64,000 bases of DNA from an uncultured Verrucomicrobiae bacterium (GCA_963764165.1 CAVXRD010000002.1:1664001-1728000); one strand, 5' to 3'. Positions 39,982 to 50,178 are shown, counted from the first letter of the stretch. Program-made: numbers and translations. The notes: generated by a model from the letters alone, not told the origin.

Positions 39982-40521
39982 ATGAAAACGATTCAAAAAC
40001 TTTGCCTCGGCATCGCCATCGCCGCGCTCTCGCTGCCGCTGATGGCCAATCCGCCTCTCAAAGTCGGCGATGCGGCGCCGATGTTCAGCGGCTTTGACCA
40101 GGACGGCAACAAATGGTCGCTGGCGGAGCAAGTCGGCAAAAGCATGGTGCTGCTTTACTTCTATCCGAAGGACAACACGCCCGGCTGCACGGCGGAAGCC
40201 TGTTCGATCCGCGATAAAATGGCCGACTTCAAACAAGCGGGCGTCGAGGTGGTCGGCGTAAGCTTCGATGACAAGGACAGCCACAAGGATTTCATTTTCA
40301 AATACAATTTGGATTTCCCGCTGCTGACGGACACCAACGGCGTCATCTCAGATGCTTACGGTGCGCGCATGGCGGGTGATCGGAAATTGGATCGGCGGGT
40401 GACTTTTCTCATCGGGCTGAACGGGAAGATTCTGCACATCACAGACTCTCCGGATCCGACGGTTCACTTAAAGGAACTTGCGGCGGCGCTGGCGGATGCC
40501 AGCACAAAGCCAACACAGTAA
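39982..40521 (+). CDS. Exported BCP/PrxQ peroxiredoxin
   Basis: Signal peptide; FYPKDNTPGCTAEAC; R.TFLI. Confidence 0.88.
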   Translation: MKTIQKLCLGIAIAALSLPLMANPPLKVGDAAPMFSGFDQDGNKWSLAEQVGKSMVLLYFYPKDNTPGCTAEACSIRDKMADFKQAGVEVVGVSFDDKDSHKDFIFKYNLDFPLLTDTNGVISDAYGARMAGDRKLDRRVTFLIGLNGKILHITDSPDPTVHLKELAAALADASTKPTQ

Positions 40522-40532
40522 TTGGCGCGCGC

Positions 40533-40653
40533 GGCAGGGCGAAGCTCCCGCTGAGCCGTCCTATTATTCCCATCAGTCCCATTATTCCCATTTTCATGGG
40601 AGGATTCGAGTTATGGGACTCATGCGACGGCTCAGCGGGATCCCCACCCTACC
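40533..40653. repeat. REP pair enclosing 9-bp TCCCAT-type tandem repeats
   Basis: Arms 40533-40560/40626-40653 (28 bp, 5 mismatches); internal TCCCATCAG/TCCCATTAT and ATGGGA units. Confidence 0.8.
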
Positions 40654-40663
40654 GAGCCCAACG

Positions 40664-41755
40664 CTATTTGTGAGCGGTTATCCAGCCGCCGCCGAGCACC
40701 AAATCACCATCGTAAAATACGCAGGCTTGCCCCGGCGTGATGGCGCGTTGCGGAACATCGAGCGCGACGCTGGCGCGACCGTTCGCCAACGGACGAACCG
40801 TCGCACTTGTGCCGGGATGATTGTAACGAATCTTGGCCGAAGCCCGCATTTCCCCGGGCGGCTCGTCGAAGGGAATCCAATTGCAGCGCTCGACTTCAAA
40901 TGACGCGCGGTCAAGGGCCGAATCGTCGCCCACGATGACGCGATTACGCGCCGCATCCAAATCGATCACGTAAAGCGGGCGTGGTGAGGAAATCTTCAAG
41001 CCCTTCCGCTGTCCGATGGTGAAAAATTCGATCCCGTCGTGATGGCCGAGGACTTTTCCCTGCATGTCAACAATCTCGCCGCGATGCGGCTGCACCAGAT
41101 TCGCCATCGCCAGGAATTTCCCGTAATCGTTGTCGGGCACGAAGCAAATCTCCATGCTCTCCTCTTTGTCGGCGGTCTTTAATTGACACTCGCGCGCCAC
41201 TTCGCGGGTGTCTTTTTTTGTCATTTCGCCGAGCGGAAAGAGCGAGCGCTCCAGTTGGTTCTGGCGGAGCGAGAACAAGAAATAGCTTTGATCCTTGCGC
41301 GGATCATGGCCCTTGCGCAAAAGCGTGCGCGAACCATCGGCGCTTTTTTCGAGGCGCGCAAAGTGGCCGGTGGCGACGCGGTCGGCCCCCAACTGGCGGG
41401 CGCGGTCGAGCAGCGCGCCGAACTTCAGCTTCTCGTTGCACATCACGCAAGGGTTGGGCGTGCGCCCCGCCTTATATTCTTCCGCGAAATAGCCGATAAC
41501 CTGTTTGTGGAAGGCTTCCGCTTCGTCAATCAGGTAGTACGGAATGCCCAGCTTATGGCAGACTGCGCGCGCATCCATCACGGCTTGCGGCCCGCAGCAT
41601 TTGTCCTCGGCTCGGGAGACGCAGTCCTGCGGCCACAATTTCAGCGTGATGCCGACGACGTCATATCCCTGCTCCAGCAGCAAGGCCGCCGCCGCGGACG
41701 AATCCACGCCGCCGCTCATCCCGATGACCACCCGAGTTTTTTTAACATCCGACAC
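40664..41755 (-). CDS. mnmA: tRNA-specific 2-thiouridylase
   Basis: MSGGVDSS PP-loop, TPNPCVMCN, ATGH, KDQSYFL, ICF, FTIGQRKG, TPGQ; GTG start 41755. Confidence 0.93.
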   Translation of the reverse strand: MSDVKKTRVVIGMSGGVDSSAAAALLLEQGYDVVGITLKLWPQDCVSRAEDKCCGPQAVMDARAVCHKLGIPYYLIDEAEAFHKQVIGYFAEEYKAGRTPNPCVMCNEKLKFGALLDRARQLGADRVATGHFARLEKSADGSRTLLRKGHDPRKDQSYFLFSLRQNQLERSLFPLGEMTKKDTREVARECQLKTADKEESMEICFVPDNDYGKFLAMANLVQPHRGEIVDMQGKVLGHHDGIEFFTIGQRKGLKISSPRPLYVIDLDAARNRVIVGDDSALDRASFEVERCNWIPFDEPPGEMRASAKIRYNHPGTSATVRPLANGRASVALDVPQRAITPGQACVFYDGDLVLGGGWITAHK

Positions 41756-41868
41756 GCCGGTCAAGATACCGGGAAAGACGCCAAGTGGCAATCGCAGGCC
41801 CAAACCAAATAATTGAAGTTTGCACAACGACCAATCTGTGTTTTGTTGAACTATGCAATGCGAGAGAC

Positions 41869-42342
41869 ATGAAATTGAGCACGAAACTGAGCATCGAGGA
41901 ATGTAGAAATCGAATCATAAAGGCAGCCGAGCCACCGCAGTTCATCCTGGGCGAATTCAGGGGTAATTCGTTCCGATTGCGCACCAGGAAGTTTTACATG
42001 AACTCGTTTGCGCCGCTCTTTTACGGAAAATTCTCCGGGCGCGCCGGGGGCTCCACACTGGAAGGAGAGTTCCGCATGCACACGCTGGTGCGGCTGTTCA
42101 TGGTCTTTTGGTATTCCTTCCTGGCGCTTTTTGCCGTCGCGTTAGTGGTTGTTCCAGCGCGGATTCCCCTCTACCGGGAGAGAGATCGTTGGATGCTGCT
42201 GGCCGCACTGGGCGGGCTGGCCTTGTTTGGGTTCCTTTTCATCACCATCGGCAGGTGGCTGGCGCGAGATGAAAAAACCGTCATCCACAACTTCCTAAAG
42301 ACCACGCTGGAAGCCGAGGACGAGCCGGGCGCGAAAACCTAA
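41869..42342 (+). CDS. Hypothetical membrane protein (2 TM)
   Basis: ATG 41869; NSFAPLFYG motif followed by two hydrophobic helices. Confidence 0.6.
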   Translation: MKLSTKLSIEECRNRIIKAAEPPQFILGEFRGNSFRLRTRKFYMNSFAPLFYGKFSGRAGGSTLEGEFRMHTLVRLFMVFWYSFLALFAVALVVVPARIPLYRERDRWMLLAALGGLALFGFLFITIGRWLARDEKTVIHNFLKTTLEAEDEPGAKT

Positions 42343-42409
42343 AAGAAACTTCCCACCGCTTTCGTGCGGTGGTAAGAATGAGAGGATACGCCCCGGCCGG
42401 CGCAAGGAA

Positions 42410-44410
42410 ATGGCTACAAAAACAATCAATCTTTTGCTTGTCGAGGACGACCTCGACGATCTGCATTTTTTGCGGATGATGCTGCAGAAGGCGACTGGCG
42501 TCCGTTTCCAGCTTGAGCCGGCCAAAAACCTCACCGAAGCGCTCGCCCGCCTGGCCAAGGGAGGCATCGAGGTAATTCTGCTCGATTTGAAACTGCCGGA
42601 AACCACCGGCATGGATACGTTCCAAGCCGTCAAGGAACGCGCCCACGAAGTCCCGATCATTGTCCTCAGCGGCTTCGACGACGAATCCTTGGCGCTCTCG
42701 GCCGTCCATGCGGGCGCGGAGGATTACCTGGTCAAGGGGCGGGTGGACAGCCAATTGCTGACACGCGCGGTCGTTTACGCCATTGAGCGCAGCGAATCGC
42801 GCAAGGCGCTGCTGAAGGCGGAAGAACGTTACCGCGGAATCTTCGAGCACTCGGTGGCCGGCATTTTTCAAACGTCGCCCGAGGGCACCTACTTGGACGT
42901 CAATCCCGCCCTGACCCGCATTTACGGATACAACACCCGCGAGGAAATGATGTCCAAAATCAGCGACATCGCCCGCCTGCTTTACGTGGACCCCACGCGC
43001 CGCTCCGAGTTCATCCGGCAGATGAAAGAGCACGACGTGGTGCAGAATTTCGAGGCCCAGATTTACCGCAAGGACGGCACCATCATTTGGATTTCCGAAA
43101 ACGCCCGCGCCGTCAAGGACGCGCAAGGGAACATCGTTTTCTACGAAGGCATGGTGGAGGACATCACCGCCCGCAAGGAAGCCGAGGAGAAGCTGAAATT
43201 CTCGGAGATGCGTTTTCGCTCCATCTGGCAAAAATCGTTTGAAGGAATGCGTTTGACAGACGAGCACGGGACGATGCTGGCGGTCAACCCGGCCTTTTGC
43301 CAGATCGTCGGCATGCCGCAGGAGGAATTGGTGGGCCGGCCCTACACCGTCATTTACGCGCAAACCGAGGACACGGCGGAAATGATGCAGCGCTACCAAA
43401 AGCGCTTCGCGGAGAGAAAGATTGAAACGCTCCTCGAGCGCCACGTTTCTTTCCGGTCCGGCAAAGTGGTGGATGTTGAACTTTCCAATTCCTACGTCGA
43501 AATGGAGGAAGGGCGCTCCTTGCTGCTGAGCCTCGTGCGCGACGTGACCCTGCGCAAGCAGGCCGAGGAGCGCGAGCGCAAGGCGGCGGCGGAGCTGGCC
43601 CGCAGCCAGGCGGAATTGCGCAAGAAAAACATCATTCTCGAAGACGATTTAAAAATGGCGCGGGACATCCAGGAAGCCATCCTGCCGCAGCAGTACCCCA
43701 CCTTTCCGCCGGGCGCGGACAGCGAATCGAGCCTCTTGAAATTTTGCCACCGCTACCATCCGAGTGGACAGGTGGGCGGCGATTTCTTCAATGTCCTCGC
43801 GCTTTCGGATACGCAGGCGGGATTATTTTTGTGCGACGTCATGGGGCACGGCGTGCGTTCCGCGCTGGTCACCGCCATGGTGCGCGGCTTGGTTGAGGAA
43901 TTGCGCCCGATGGCCCTCGATCCGGGCCAATTGTTGACACGTCTCAATTCCGACCTTCGCGCCATTCTGCAGCAAACCGGCAGCCCCCTTTTCACCACGG
44001 CGTTCTACCTGGTGGCGGATCTGGCCCGGCGCCAGATTTTTTTCGCCAATGCCGGGCACCCGAAGCCTTTTCTGGTGCATCGGCCCAGCGGCGAGGTCGA
44101 GGTGCTCAAGTACGAAAACGGCAAGGCCCGCCCGGCCCTCGGACTTTTTGCCAACTCCACCTATCCGACCGTCTCCGCTCCGCTCCTGCCTGGCGACATG
44201 CTGATGCTGTTCACGGACGGACTTTACGAAGTGGAAGGCCCGGGCGACCAACCCTACAGCCAGGAACTTCTGCTTGACGCAGTCCGCCGCCATTCTTCGA
44301 TGAAGTGTCCCGACATGTTCGCGGCCATCCTGGCGGAAATTCAGCAATTTACCGGCAGCCAGGAATTCTCCGATGACGTCTGCCTGGTCGGGATGGAAGT
44401 GGCCGGATAG
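42410..44410 (+). CDS. REC-PAS-PAS-SpoIIE (PP2C, RsbU-like) phosphatase
   Basis: VEDD/LDLKLP/DYLVK receiver domain; two PAS/PAC domains; VGGDF, CDVMGHG, NAGHP, FTDGL, DD. Confidence 0.9.
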   Translation: MATKTINLLLVEDDLDDLHFLRMMLQKATGVRFQLEPAKNLTEALARLAKGGIEVILLDLKLPETTGMDTFQAVKERAHEVPIIVLSGFDDESLALSAVHAGAEDYLVKGRVDSQLLTRAVVYAIERSESRKALLKAEERYRGIFEHSVAGIFQTSPEGTYLDVNPALTRIYGYNTREEMMSKISDIARLLYVDPTRRSEFIRQMKEHDVVQNFEAQIYRKDGTIIWISENARAVKDAQGNIVFYEGMVEDITARKEAEEKLKFSEMRFRSIWQKSFEGMRLTDEHGTMLAVNPAFCQIVGMPQEELVGRPYTVIYAQTEDTAEMMQRYQKRFAERKIETLLERHVSFRSGKVVDVELSNSYVEMEEGRSLLLSLVRDVTLRKQAEERERKAAAELARSQAELRKKNIILEDDLKMARDIQEAILPQQYPTFPPGADSESSLLKFCHRYHPSGQVGGDFFNVLALSDTQAGLFLCDVMGHGVRSALVTAMVRGLVEELRPMALDPGQLLTRLNSDLRAILQQTGSPLFTTAFYLVADLARRQIFFANAGHPKPFLVHRPSGEVEVLKYENGKARPALGLFANSTYPTVSAPLLPGDMLMLFTDGLYEVEGPGDQPYSQELLLDAVRRHSSMKCPDMFAAILAEIQQFTGSQEFSDDVCLVGMEVAG

Positions 44411-44528
44411 TTCTCGCGCCATTATAGAGACTGCGGGCCACGATTTTGAGCAGAGCCCATTAGAATCCTTTTGCATTGGTTTTCGAGAGAGAAGAGTTTA
44501 TTTTGCAGTCAATCAAGGGAAGCCTTTT

Positions 44529-44735
44529 ATGAAAGCTGTGGCAAAGATATTAGTTATCACCATTGGATTGCCGTTGATAACCACGGGCTGCGCTTATTTC
44601 CGGCCACCAGACGTTGACCCGCATTTAGCGGATATGCAAAAAGCTCAGCAGGAGGGAATTGCCCAATCTGGAAACGGATTGTCTTCGTTGATTGAAGGGC
44701 TCTGGACGCTTCCTAATGGGATAAGGATACATTAA
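44529..44735 (+). CDS. Small putative lipoprotein
   Basis: MKAVAKILVITIGLPLITTG-C lipobox-like, 68 aa. Confidence 0.45.
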   Translation: MKAVAKILVITIGLPLITTGCAYFRPPDVDPHLADMQKAQQEGIAQSGNGLSSLIEGLWTLPNGIRIH

Positions 44736-44813
44736 CACGGTGCGGCGTTAAGTCTTCGTCTCCACGGCACCCGATTTTGTGGCAATTTTGCTTCTGCCGC
44801 GTTAGCCTTCGTC

Positions 44814-46271
44814 ATGCGACGCATTGCTTCGATGCTTTTCGTAGGTTGGCTGGGCCTCGTGTCTTTTTCGAGCCTGGCGCAGGTGCCGAATCCACCGGCG
44901 CAGCGGTCGTCCGATTTAGCCACGCCGACGCAGTTTAAGGGTGACTTGACGCCCGGCCGCGTGCTCCAACAGTCCACCGATTTGCTTGAGCAGACCAATA
45001 TCTTCCCAGCGAAACGTCCGCCGACAGCACCCGACCCTGCAATCCAACGGATTGTCTCGGAAATTTCTGAGGAGCGCGTGGCGGCCATCATGCGGCGGCT
45101 GGGCGAATTTGGGACGCGCAATACCGCTTCGGATCCGTCCCAAACCAATCGCGGCGTTGGCGCGGCGCGGCAATGGATCTTCGACCAGTTTCAAAGTTAC
45201 AGCCCGCGCTTGAAAGTTAGTTTTGACACTTACACCATCCCGAAAACCAACCGCCTCTACAAACCGACGGAGCTTCGAAACGTGCTGGCCATCCTTCCCG
45301 GCGCCGCGCCCGACGCTTCGAATCGATGGATTCTGGTTTCCGGCCATTACGATTCCATCAATTTCAAAGACGCGACTGGTTTGCAGCCCGCCGAGGCCGC
45401 GGAATTGCCCGCCCCCGGCGTCAGCGATGACGCCAGCGGCACGGCTTGCGCCATGGAGTGCGCGCGGGTGCTGAGTCAATACGAATTCAAGGCGACCCTG
45501 GTTTTCGTGGCCTTTGCGGGCGAGGAGCAGGGGCTTTATGGCTCGCAATCGCTGGCCCGCCGGTTGCGCGCGGAAGGCCAGGGCGTCGAGGCCATTTTGA
45601 ACAACGACATTATCGGCACCGAACTTGGGGGAGCGGGAGCGAACGACAAGAATCGCGTGCTGGTGTTTTCCGAAGACCCGAACGATTCCCCTTCACGGCA
45701 ACTGGCGCGCTTCGTCCATGCGACGGCGGGGAAATATTGTCCGGGCATGATGGCGGAAATGATCTTTCGCTACGACCGCTTTGGCCGTGGCGGCGATCAC
45801 ATACCGTTCAATCAGCAGGGTTACGCCGGCGTGCGATTCACGACGCCGAATGAGAATTATTCGCAGCAGCATTCCGCGCTCGACACCTTTTCCAACGCTT
45901 CACCCGCCTACGCCACGCGCGTGGTTCGCATCAACGCCGCTGCTGCCGCCGCTTTGGCTTGGGCGCCCGCGCCGCCGATCACGTCCGGAGGCGGTGGCGG
46001 GTCAACGAACCGTCCGGGATTGTCGCGCGGCGCGGGTTACGATGCGGAACTCCGCTGGAGCGAGCCGCCCGGCCAAACGAACATCGCCGGCTTCGTGGTG
46101 GTGACGCGCTCCACGACATCGCCCGATTGGGAAAAAGAAATTTGGGTTGGCAACGGGCATCATTATATTTTGCCGTATACGCCGATTGATCAAATTGTCC
46201 TCGGCGTGAAAGCGGTGGATGACGCCGGGCACGAAAGTCCGGTGTCCGCCTACGTGAATCCGCCGCGGTAA
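44814..46271 (+). CDS. Secreted M28-family peptidase with C-terminal FN3-like domain
   Basis: FGTR, SGHYDS, DDASG, GEEQGL, NNDII, GDH, H..D. Confidence 0.85.
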   Translation: MRRIASMLFVGWLGLVSFSSLAQVPNPPAQRSSDLATPTQFKGDLTPGRVLQQSTDLLEQTNIFPAKRPPTAPDPAIQRIVSEISEERVAAIMRRLGEFGTRNTASDPSQTNRGVGAARQWIFDQFQSYSPRLKVSFDTYTIPKTNRLYKPTELRNVLAILPGAAPDASNRWILVSGHYDSINFKDATGLQPAEAAELPAPGVSDDASGTACAMECARVLSQYEFKATLVFVAFAGEEQGLYGSQSLARRLRAEGQGVEAILNNDIIGTELGGAGANDKNRVLVFSEDPNDSPSRQLARFVHATAGKYCPGMMAEMIFRYDRFGRGGDHIPFNQQGYAGVRFTTPNENYSQQHSALDTFSNASPAYATRVVRINAAAAAALAWAPAPPITSGGGGGSTNRPGLSRGAGYDAELRWSEPPGQTNIAGFVVVTRSTTSPDWEKEIWVGNGHHYILPYTPIDQIVLGVKAVDDAGHESPVSAYVNPPR

Positions 46272-46374
46272 ATTTTTTTGCGCAAATATTACGGGAAGTT
46301 TTGCCGCAAAAACGATATTTCCCTTGCCAGTCCAAAACCGCGGCCATACGATGGCTCCGTTGTTCAGCAGAACG

Positions 46375-47040
46375 ATGATTGAACTCATCCAGTTTCCGTG
46401 GAGTCCATTCTGCCTCGTGCAGAAACGCATCTTGGATTATTCGGGCGTTCGTTACAAGACCACCAATATCCCAAACCCGGACCGCACACTTGTCTGGCGT
46501 TTGACCCGGCAGCGCTATTACGGCGTTCCCGTCATTCGCGACGGCAAAACGGTGGTTTTCGAGACGGACGATGATTCGCAAATTATTGCGAAATATATCG
46601 ATGGCAAATATCAGCTTGGGCTTTTTCCCAGGGAATTTCGCGGAGTGGATCGCATCCTCTGGAAGTTCATCGAGGACCAGATTGAAGGCGCGTGTTTCCG
46701 GCTCAATGACATCCATTGGAAGGAACTGGTTCCGAAGTCGGACCAGATGGCGTTTATCCGCCACAAGGAGCGGAAATTCGGGCGCGGCTGCCTGGATCAA
46801 TGGCGCGCGCAGGAAGATCATTGGCTGGCGGAGCTGATCCAAAAGCTGGTGCCGTTCGAATGCATGCTCGCTGACCGCCCGTTTCTGCTGAAATCAGAGC
46901 CGCACTTTATTGATTTCGATCTTTGGGGAATGCTCTCATGCTTTCTCTATTCAGGCCACTACGAGATGCCGGCTGTTCACACTTGCTTGGTGGAGTGGCA
47001 CAGGCGCATGTCGAAATTAAAGAAAACGAGACGTCCCTAG
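46375..47040 (+). CDS. Glutathione S-transferase-like protein
   Basis: FPWSPFC N-terminal motif, cis-Pro VPVI, DSQIIAKYID, helical C-terminal domain. Confidence 0.75.
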   Translation: MIELIQFPWSPFCLVQKRILDYSGVRYKTTNIPNPDRTLVWRLTRQRYYGVPVIRDGKTVVFETDDDSQIIAKYIDGKYQLGLFPREFRGVDRILWKFIEDQIEGACFRLNDIHWKELVPKSDQMAFIRHKERKFGRGCLDQWRAQEDHWLAELIQKLVPFECMLADRPFLLKSEPHFIDFDLWGMLSCFLYSGHYEMPAVHTCLVEWHRRMSKLKKTRRP

Positions 47041-48353
47041 TGAAAAATTACATACTTGACACAAATGTCCTGCTGCACGACCCGAATTCCATCCAGGCCT
47101 TCAAAGGCAACAATGTCCTGATTCCCATCGAGGTGATCGAGGAAATCGATCGCTTCAAGCGCGAGTCCTCCGAGCTGGGCCAGAATGCCCGCACGGTTTC
47201 GCGCGCCTTGGACTCTCTCCGGGGCAAAGGCCATTTGAACAAAGGCGTGAAGCTCGAAAACGGCGGGATGCTTCGGATCATTTTCCACGAGCACAACGGG
47301 AACGGCGGCAACGGCTCGCCCTTCGGCAACAATACGGTTGACAGCCGCATCGTCGGGCTCGCCCTCGGCGTGTCCAAAGCCGAACCCAAAATGCCGGCCA
47401 TCCTCGTCACCAAAGACATCAATCTCCGCATCAAGGCCGACACGCTCGGCTTGGCGGCGGAGGATTATGAAACGGATCGCGTCTTGTTGACGGAACTTTA
47501 CACAGGAATGATTGAATTGACCGTGTCGCCGGAAAAAATGTCCCGCTTCCGCGCCGATGGCGAATTTGATTTGAACGGTTACGGCACGTATTTCCCCAAT
47601 GAATATTGCACGCTGACGGAGGAGACAAACACGAAGCGCACGGCGCTTGGCAAAGTCGACGCCACCGGCAAAAAGCTGGTGCCGATCCTGGATTGCAAGG
47701 AAGGCGTGTGGGGCATCAAGCCGCGCAATCGCGAGCAGCACTTTGCCTTCGACGCCCTGCTCGACGACCGCATTAAATTGGTCACGCTGATGGGCAAAGC
47801 CGGCACTGGCAAGACGCTGATGGCAATGGCGGCTGGCTTGAAGCGCACCGTCCTTGACCGCGAATTCCGCCGCCTGGTGGTGGCGCGCCCGACTGTTTCG
47901 ATGGGCCGCGAACTCGGATTTCTCCCCGGCTCGCTCGAGGAAAAACTGAACCCGTGGATGCAGCCGATTCATGATGCCCTGGAGCTGCTGAGCGATTTGA
48001 ACATGGGCACGGATCATCGCCGCAGCGCGGATTTGATGCGCTCGGGAAACTTGGTGGTCGAGGCGCTGAGCTACATTCGCGGCCGCAGCATCGCGCACCA
48101 ATTCATGGTCATCGACGAGGCGCAGAACCTCACCCCCATTGAGGTCAAGACGATCATCACCCGCGTCGGACAGGGGACAAAAATTATCTTTACAGGCGAT
48201 CCGTATCAAATCGACAATCCGTACGTCGATTCCTCATCGAACGGCTTCAATTACATCATCAGCAAATTCCGCGACCAGCCGATTGCGGCGCATATTGAAT
48301 TGCAAAAGGGCGAACGCTCGGAGCTGGCGGAACTGGCGGCGAATATTTTGTAG
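47040..48353 (+). CDS. PIN-PhoH (PhoH2/YlaK-type) protein
   Basis: YILDTNVLLHDP PIN domain, TKDINLR, GKAGTGKT, YIRGRS, DEAQN, GDPYQID; GTG overlaps the upstream TAG. Confidence 0.92.
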   Translation: MKNYILDTNVLLHDPNSIQAFKGNNVLIPIEVIEEIDRFKRESSELGQNARTVSRALDSLRGKGHLNKGVKLENGGMLRIIFHEHNGNGGNGSPFGNNTVDSRIVGLALGVSKAEPKMPAILVTKDINLRIKADTLGLAAEDYETDRVLLTELYTGMIELTVSPEKMSRFRADGEFDLNGYGTYFPNEYCTLTEETNTKRTALGKVDATGKKLVPILDCKEGVWGIKPRNREQHFAFDALLDDRIKLVTLMGKAGTGKTLMAMAAGLKRTVLDREFRRLVVARPTVSMGRELGFLPGSLEEKLNPWMQPIHDALELLSDLNMGTDHRRSADLMRSGNLVVEALSYIRGRSIAHQFMVIDEAQNLTPIEVKTIITRVGQGTKIIFTGDPYQIDNPYVDSSSNGFNYIISKFRDQPIAAHIELQKGERSELAELAANIL

Positions 48354-48359
48354 GCGCAA

Positions 48360-48563
48360 TTATTTCGCCGCTTCCCAATCTTCCCCGGCGACGGGCGCAA
48401 ACGGTTGTTCATGCTTCAAGACAGACCCCTCTAGGGATTGCTTCGCAACCGGCCTCGCGGATGAAACAAACACACGAACCGCCTCCCCTTCGGAAAACGG
48501 CACATGATCCAGGTAAAGCTTGCCATCTTTTTCAACGACGGTTTCCGCATGAAAGATTCGCAT
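48360..48563 (-). CDS. AbrB/AF2212-like small antitoxin-type protein
   Basis: VVEKDGKLYLDHVPFSEGEAVRVFV swapped-hairpin pattern with acidic PFAPVAGEDWEA tail. Confidence 0.6.
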   Translation of the reverse strand: MRIFHAETVVEKDGKLYLDHVPFSEGEAVRVFVSSARPVAKQSLEGSVLKHEQPFAPVAGEDWEAAK

Positions 48564-48604
48564 GACACAGAGATGCTAGGCCACGTTCTTTGGATCAATT
48601 GCTT

Positions 48605-48865
48605 TCATTTGCTTCGCTGATAGCCCTCTGGCAGCCGATCCCAGTCCGGGGGCTCCGTCCCTGAAACCTGAGCCAAAAACTCGTCCAAGCCTTTGCCGGT
48701 CGCGCGGGCAGCCCGCTCTTCCAGAAGCGGCTCCGCAAGCAATCGCGACAGGCTTTGGCTTAGGGCAATGGTCACCAGCGCGTCCATCGAGATATTCTTT
48801 GAAGCGGCCACCTCGCGGGCCTTTGCATGCAGATTGTCCGGCAGATCTACAGTTAATGCGGTCAT
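48605..48865 (-). CDS. RHH-type antitoxin
   Basis: LTVDLPDNLHAKAREVAASKNISMDALV ribbon-helix-helix; 1 nt after the PIN gene stop. Confidence 0.75.
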   Translation of the reverse strand: MTALTVDLPDNLHAKAREVAASKNISMDALVTIALSQSLSRLLAEPLLEERAARATGKGLDEFLAQVSGTEPPDWDRLPEGYQRSK

Positions 48866-48866
48866 A

Positions 48867-49286
48867 TTAAAGGATTCTCAAAAACTCGCCCGGCGTTAAC
48901 ACCCCCACGCCGAATCGTCCAGCTTCCCTGAAGTCACCCCCGTTATGCGTTACAATGTAGCTCGAAGCCGACGCCAAGGCCAGTTCCAAAATCAACTCAT
49001 CGTCTGGATCAGCCAAAAAGGGACGAATCAGATAGAAGATCGCGTGGCGATTGGCGCCGGCTGCCAAGTCATCAAGAGCCCTGTCCACCGCCGTCAGCGA
49101 GCGCCCTTGGCGATGCTGTTCGCGCTTGAGCACGGCTTCGTACTCGACGAGCAAGGCGGTGGAAATGTTCCATTGCCAACGGGAGTCCCTGACCGAGAAC
49201 AATCGCAGAATTTCGAACGAAGCGCCCGCATTGGACCTCGCGGCGGCGACCAGCACATTGGTATCAATGACGACTTGAATGGGCAT
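48867..49286 (-). CDS. PIN-domain toxin
   Basis: VVIDTNVLV, EYE, DPDDELILE, IVTHN..DF, TPGEFL. Confidence 0.88.
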   Translation of the reverse strand: MPIQVVIDTNVLVAAARSNAGASFEILRLFSVRDSRWQWNISTALLVEYEAVLKREQHRQGRSLTAVDRALDDLAAGANRHAIFYLIRPFLADPDDELILELALASASSYIVTHNGGDFREAGRFGVGVLTPGEFLRIL

Positions 49287-49743
49287 TGCAATTGTGCGGC
49301 ACGATATGCGGGCAGCCTTGTTTCAACCAGATTTTTCCGGCCAAATCAACCTCGATGGGGCCGCGCGGCTCATCCTGCCATAGCCTTGCGCGACGGCGGA
49401 ACCTGAGCGCGCAGAAGCAACCGACTCGGCCAGCGTGCCCGGTGGATTTTGGGCGCGGCGGACTGCGGCGAGTATTGTACGCAGCTCTCAATTCAGCGCC
49501 TGGCGAATAACATGGCGCAAATCGTGGCGGGCTAAGTGAGTAATGCCAGCCCTTTTCCCCTTCCATGCCCTCTTGCCGCCGGGCTGCGGCGAGGGAAGCA
49601 GCGAGACGCGTCTGGTTTTTTGACTGCAATAGTTGAGGCGTGCCAGATTGCGGCATTAAATCCGCTTGAATTGAAATCGCTCAGACGCCAGCATCGTTTT
49701 GCCGCGAGCGCGCTGGTGCGCCCGCCTGATTGACGAACGAATC

Positions 49744-50112
49744 ATGAAGAAATTTTTAAGCCTGCTATTGCTGTCGGTCGTATTGACTGGCTGCACCACC
49801 ATCTCGAATCTCACTCCCTCTCATTACAAGCGCGATCCATCGGGCTTTTATCGAGTGGAGGCGCAATGGTACAGCGACCGGGAAGCCGTGCGCGCCGGCT
49901 CATTCAAGCCGTTGGTTCTCATAGGGATGACCAATTCCTATCCCATGACGCCGTCTCAAATGGGCGCGGACCGCTGGGAAGCCCTCATCCCCGTTCCGCC
50001 CGATCAAGATACGGTCATCTACCGCTACAAATTTGATTTCCTCGACAACACCCTGCGCGGCCCCATCCCGAATAGCATGATGTCGAAGGATTTCGAGCTG
50101 AAGATCAAGTAA
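49744..50112 (+). CDS. Hypothetical lipoprotein
   Basis: MKKFLSLLLLSVVLTG-C canonical lipobox. Confidence 0.75.
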   Translation: MKKFLSLLLLSVVLTGCTTISNLTPSHYKRDPSGFYRVEAQWYSDREAVRAGSFKPLVLIGMTNSYPMTPSQMGADRWEALIPVPPDQDTVIYRYKFDFLDNTLRGPIPNSMMSKDFELKIK

Positions 50113-50178
50113 GCAGGCCATTCCGAAGGAATTGGCGGATCGGCCTCTTTTCAAGTTCCACCAAAATCAGCGCGTATC

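Noticed and set aside
42354..42372. CCACCGC/GCGGTGG hairpin as an intrinsic terminator
   Set aside because: No U-tract on the plus strand and no minus-strand gene to terminate
49287..49743. 457-bp intergenic region as a possible tRNA or riboswitch
   Set aside because: No cloverleaf or recognisable aptamer; only a short palindrome near 49374-49400. An Infernal scan would be needed
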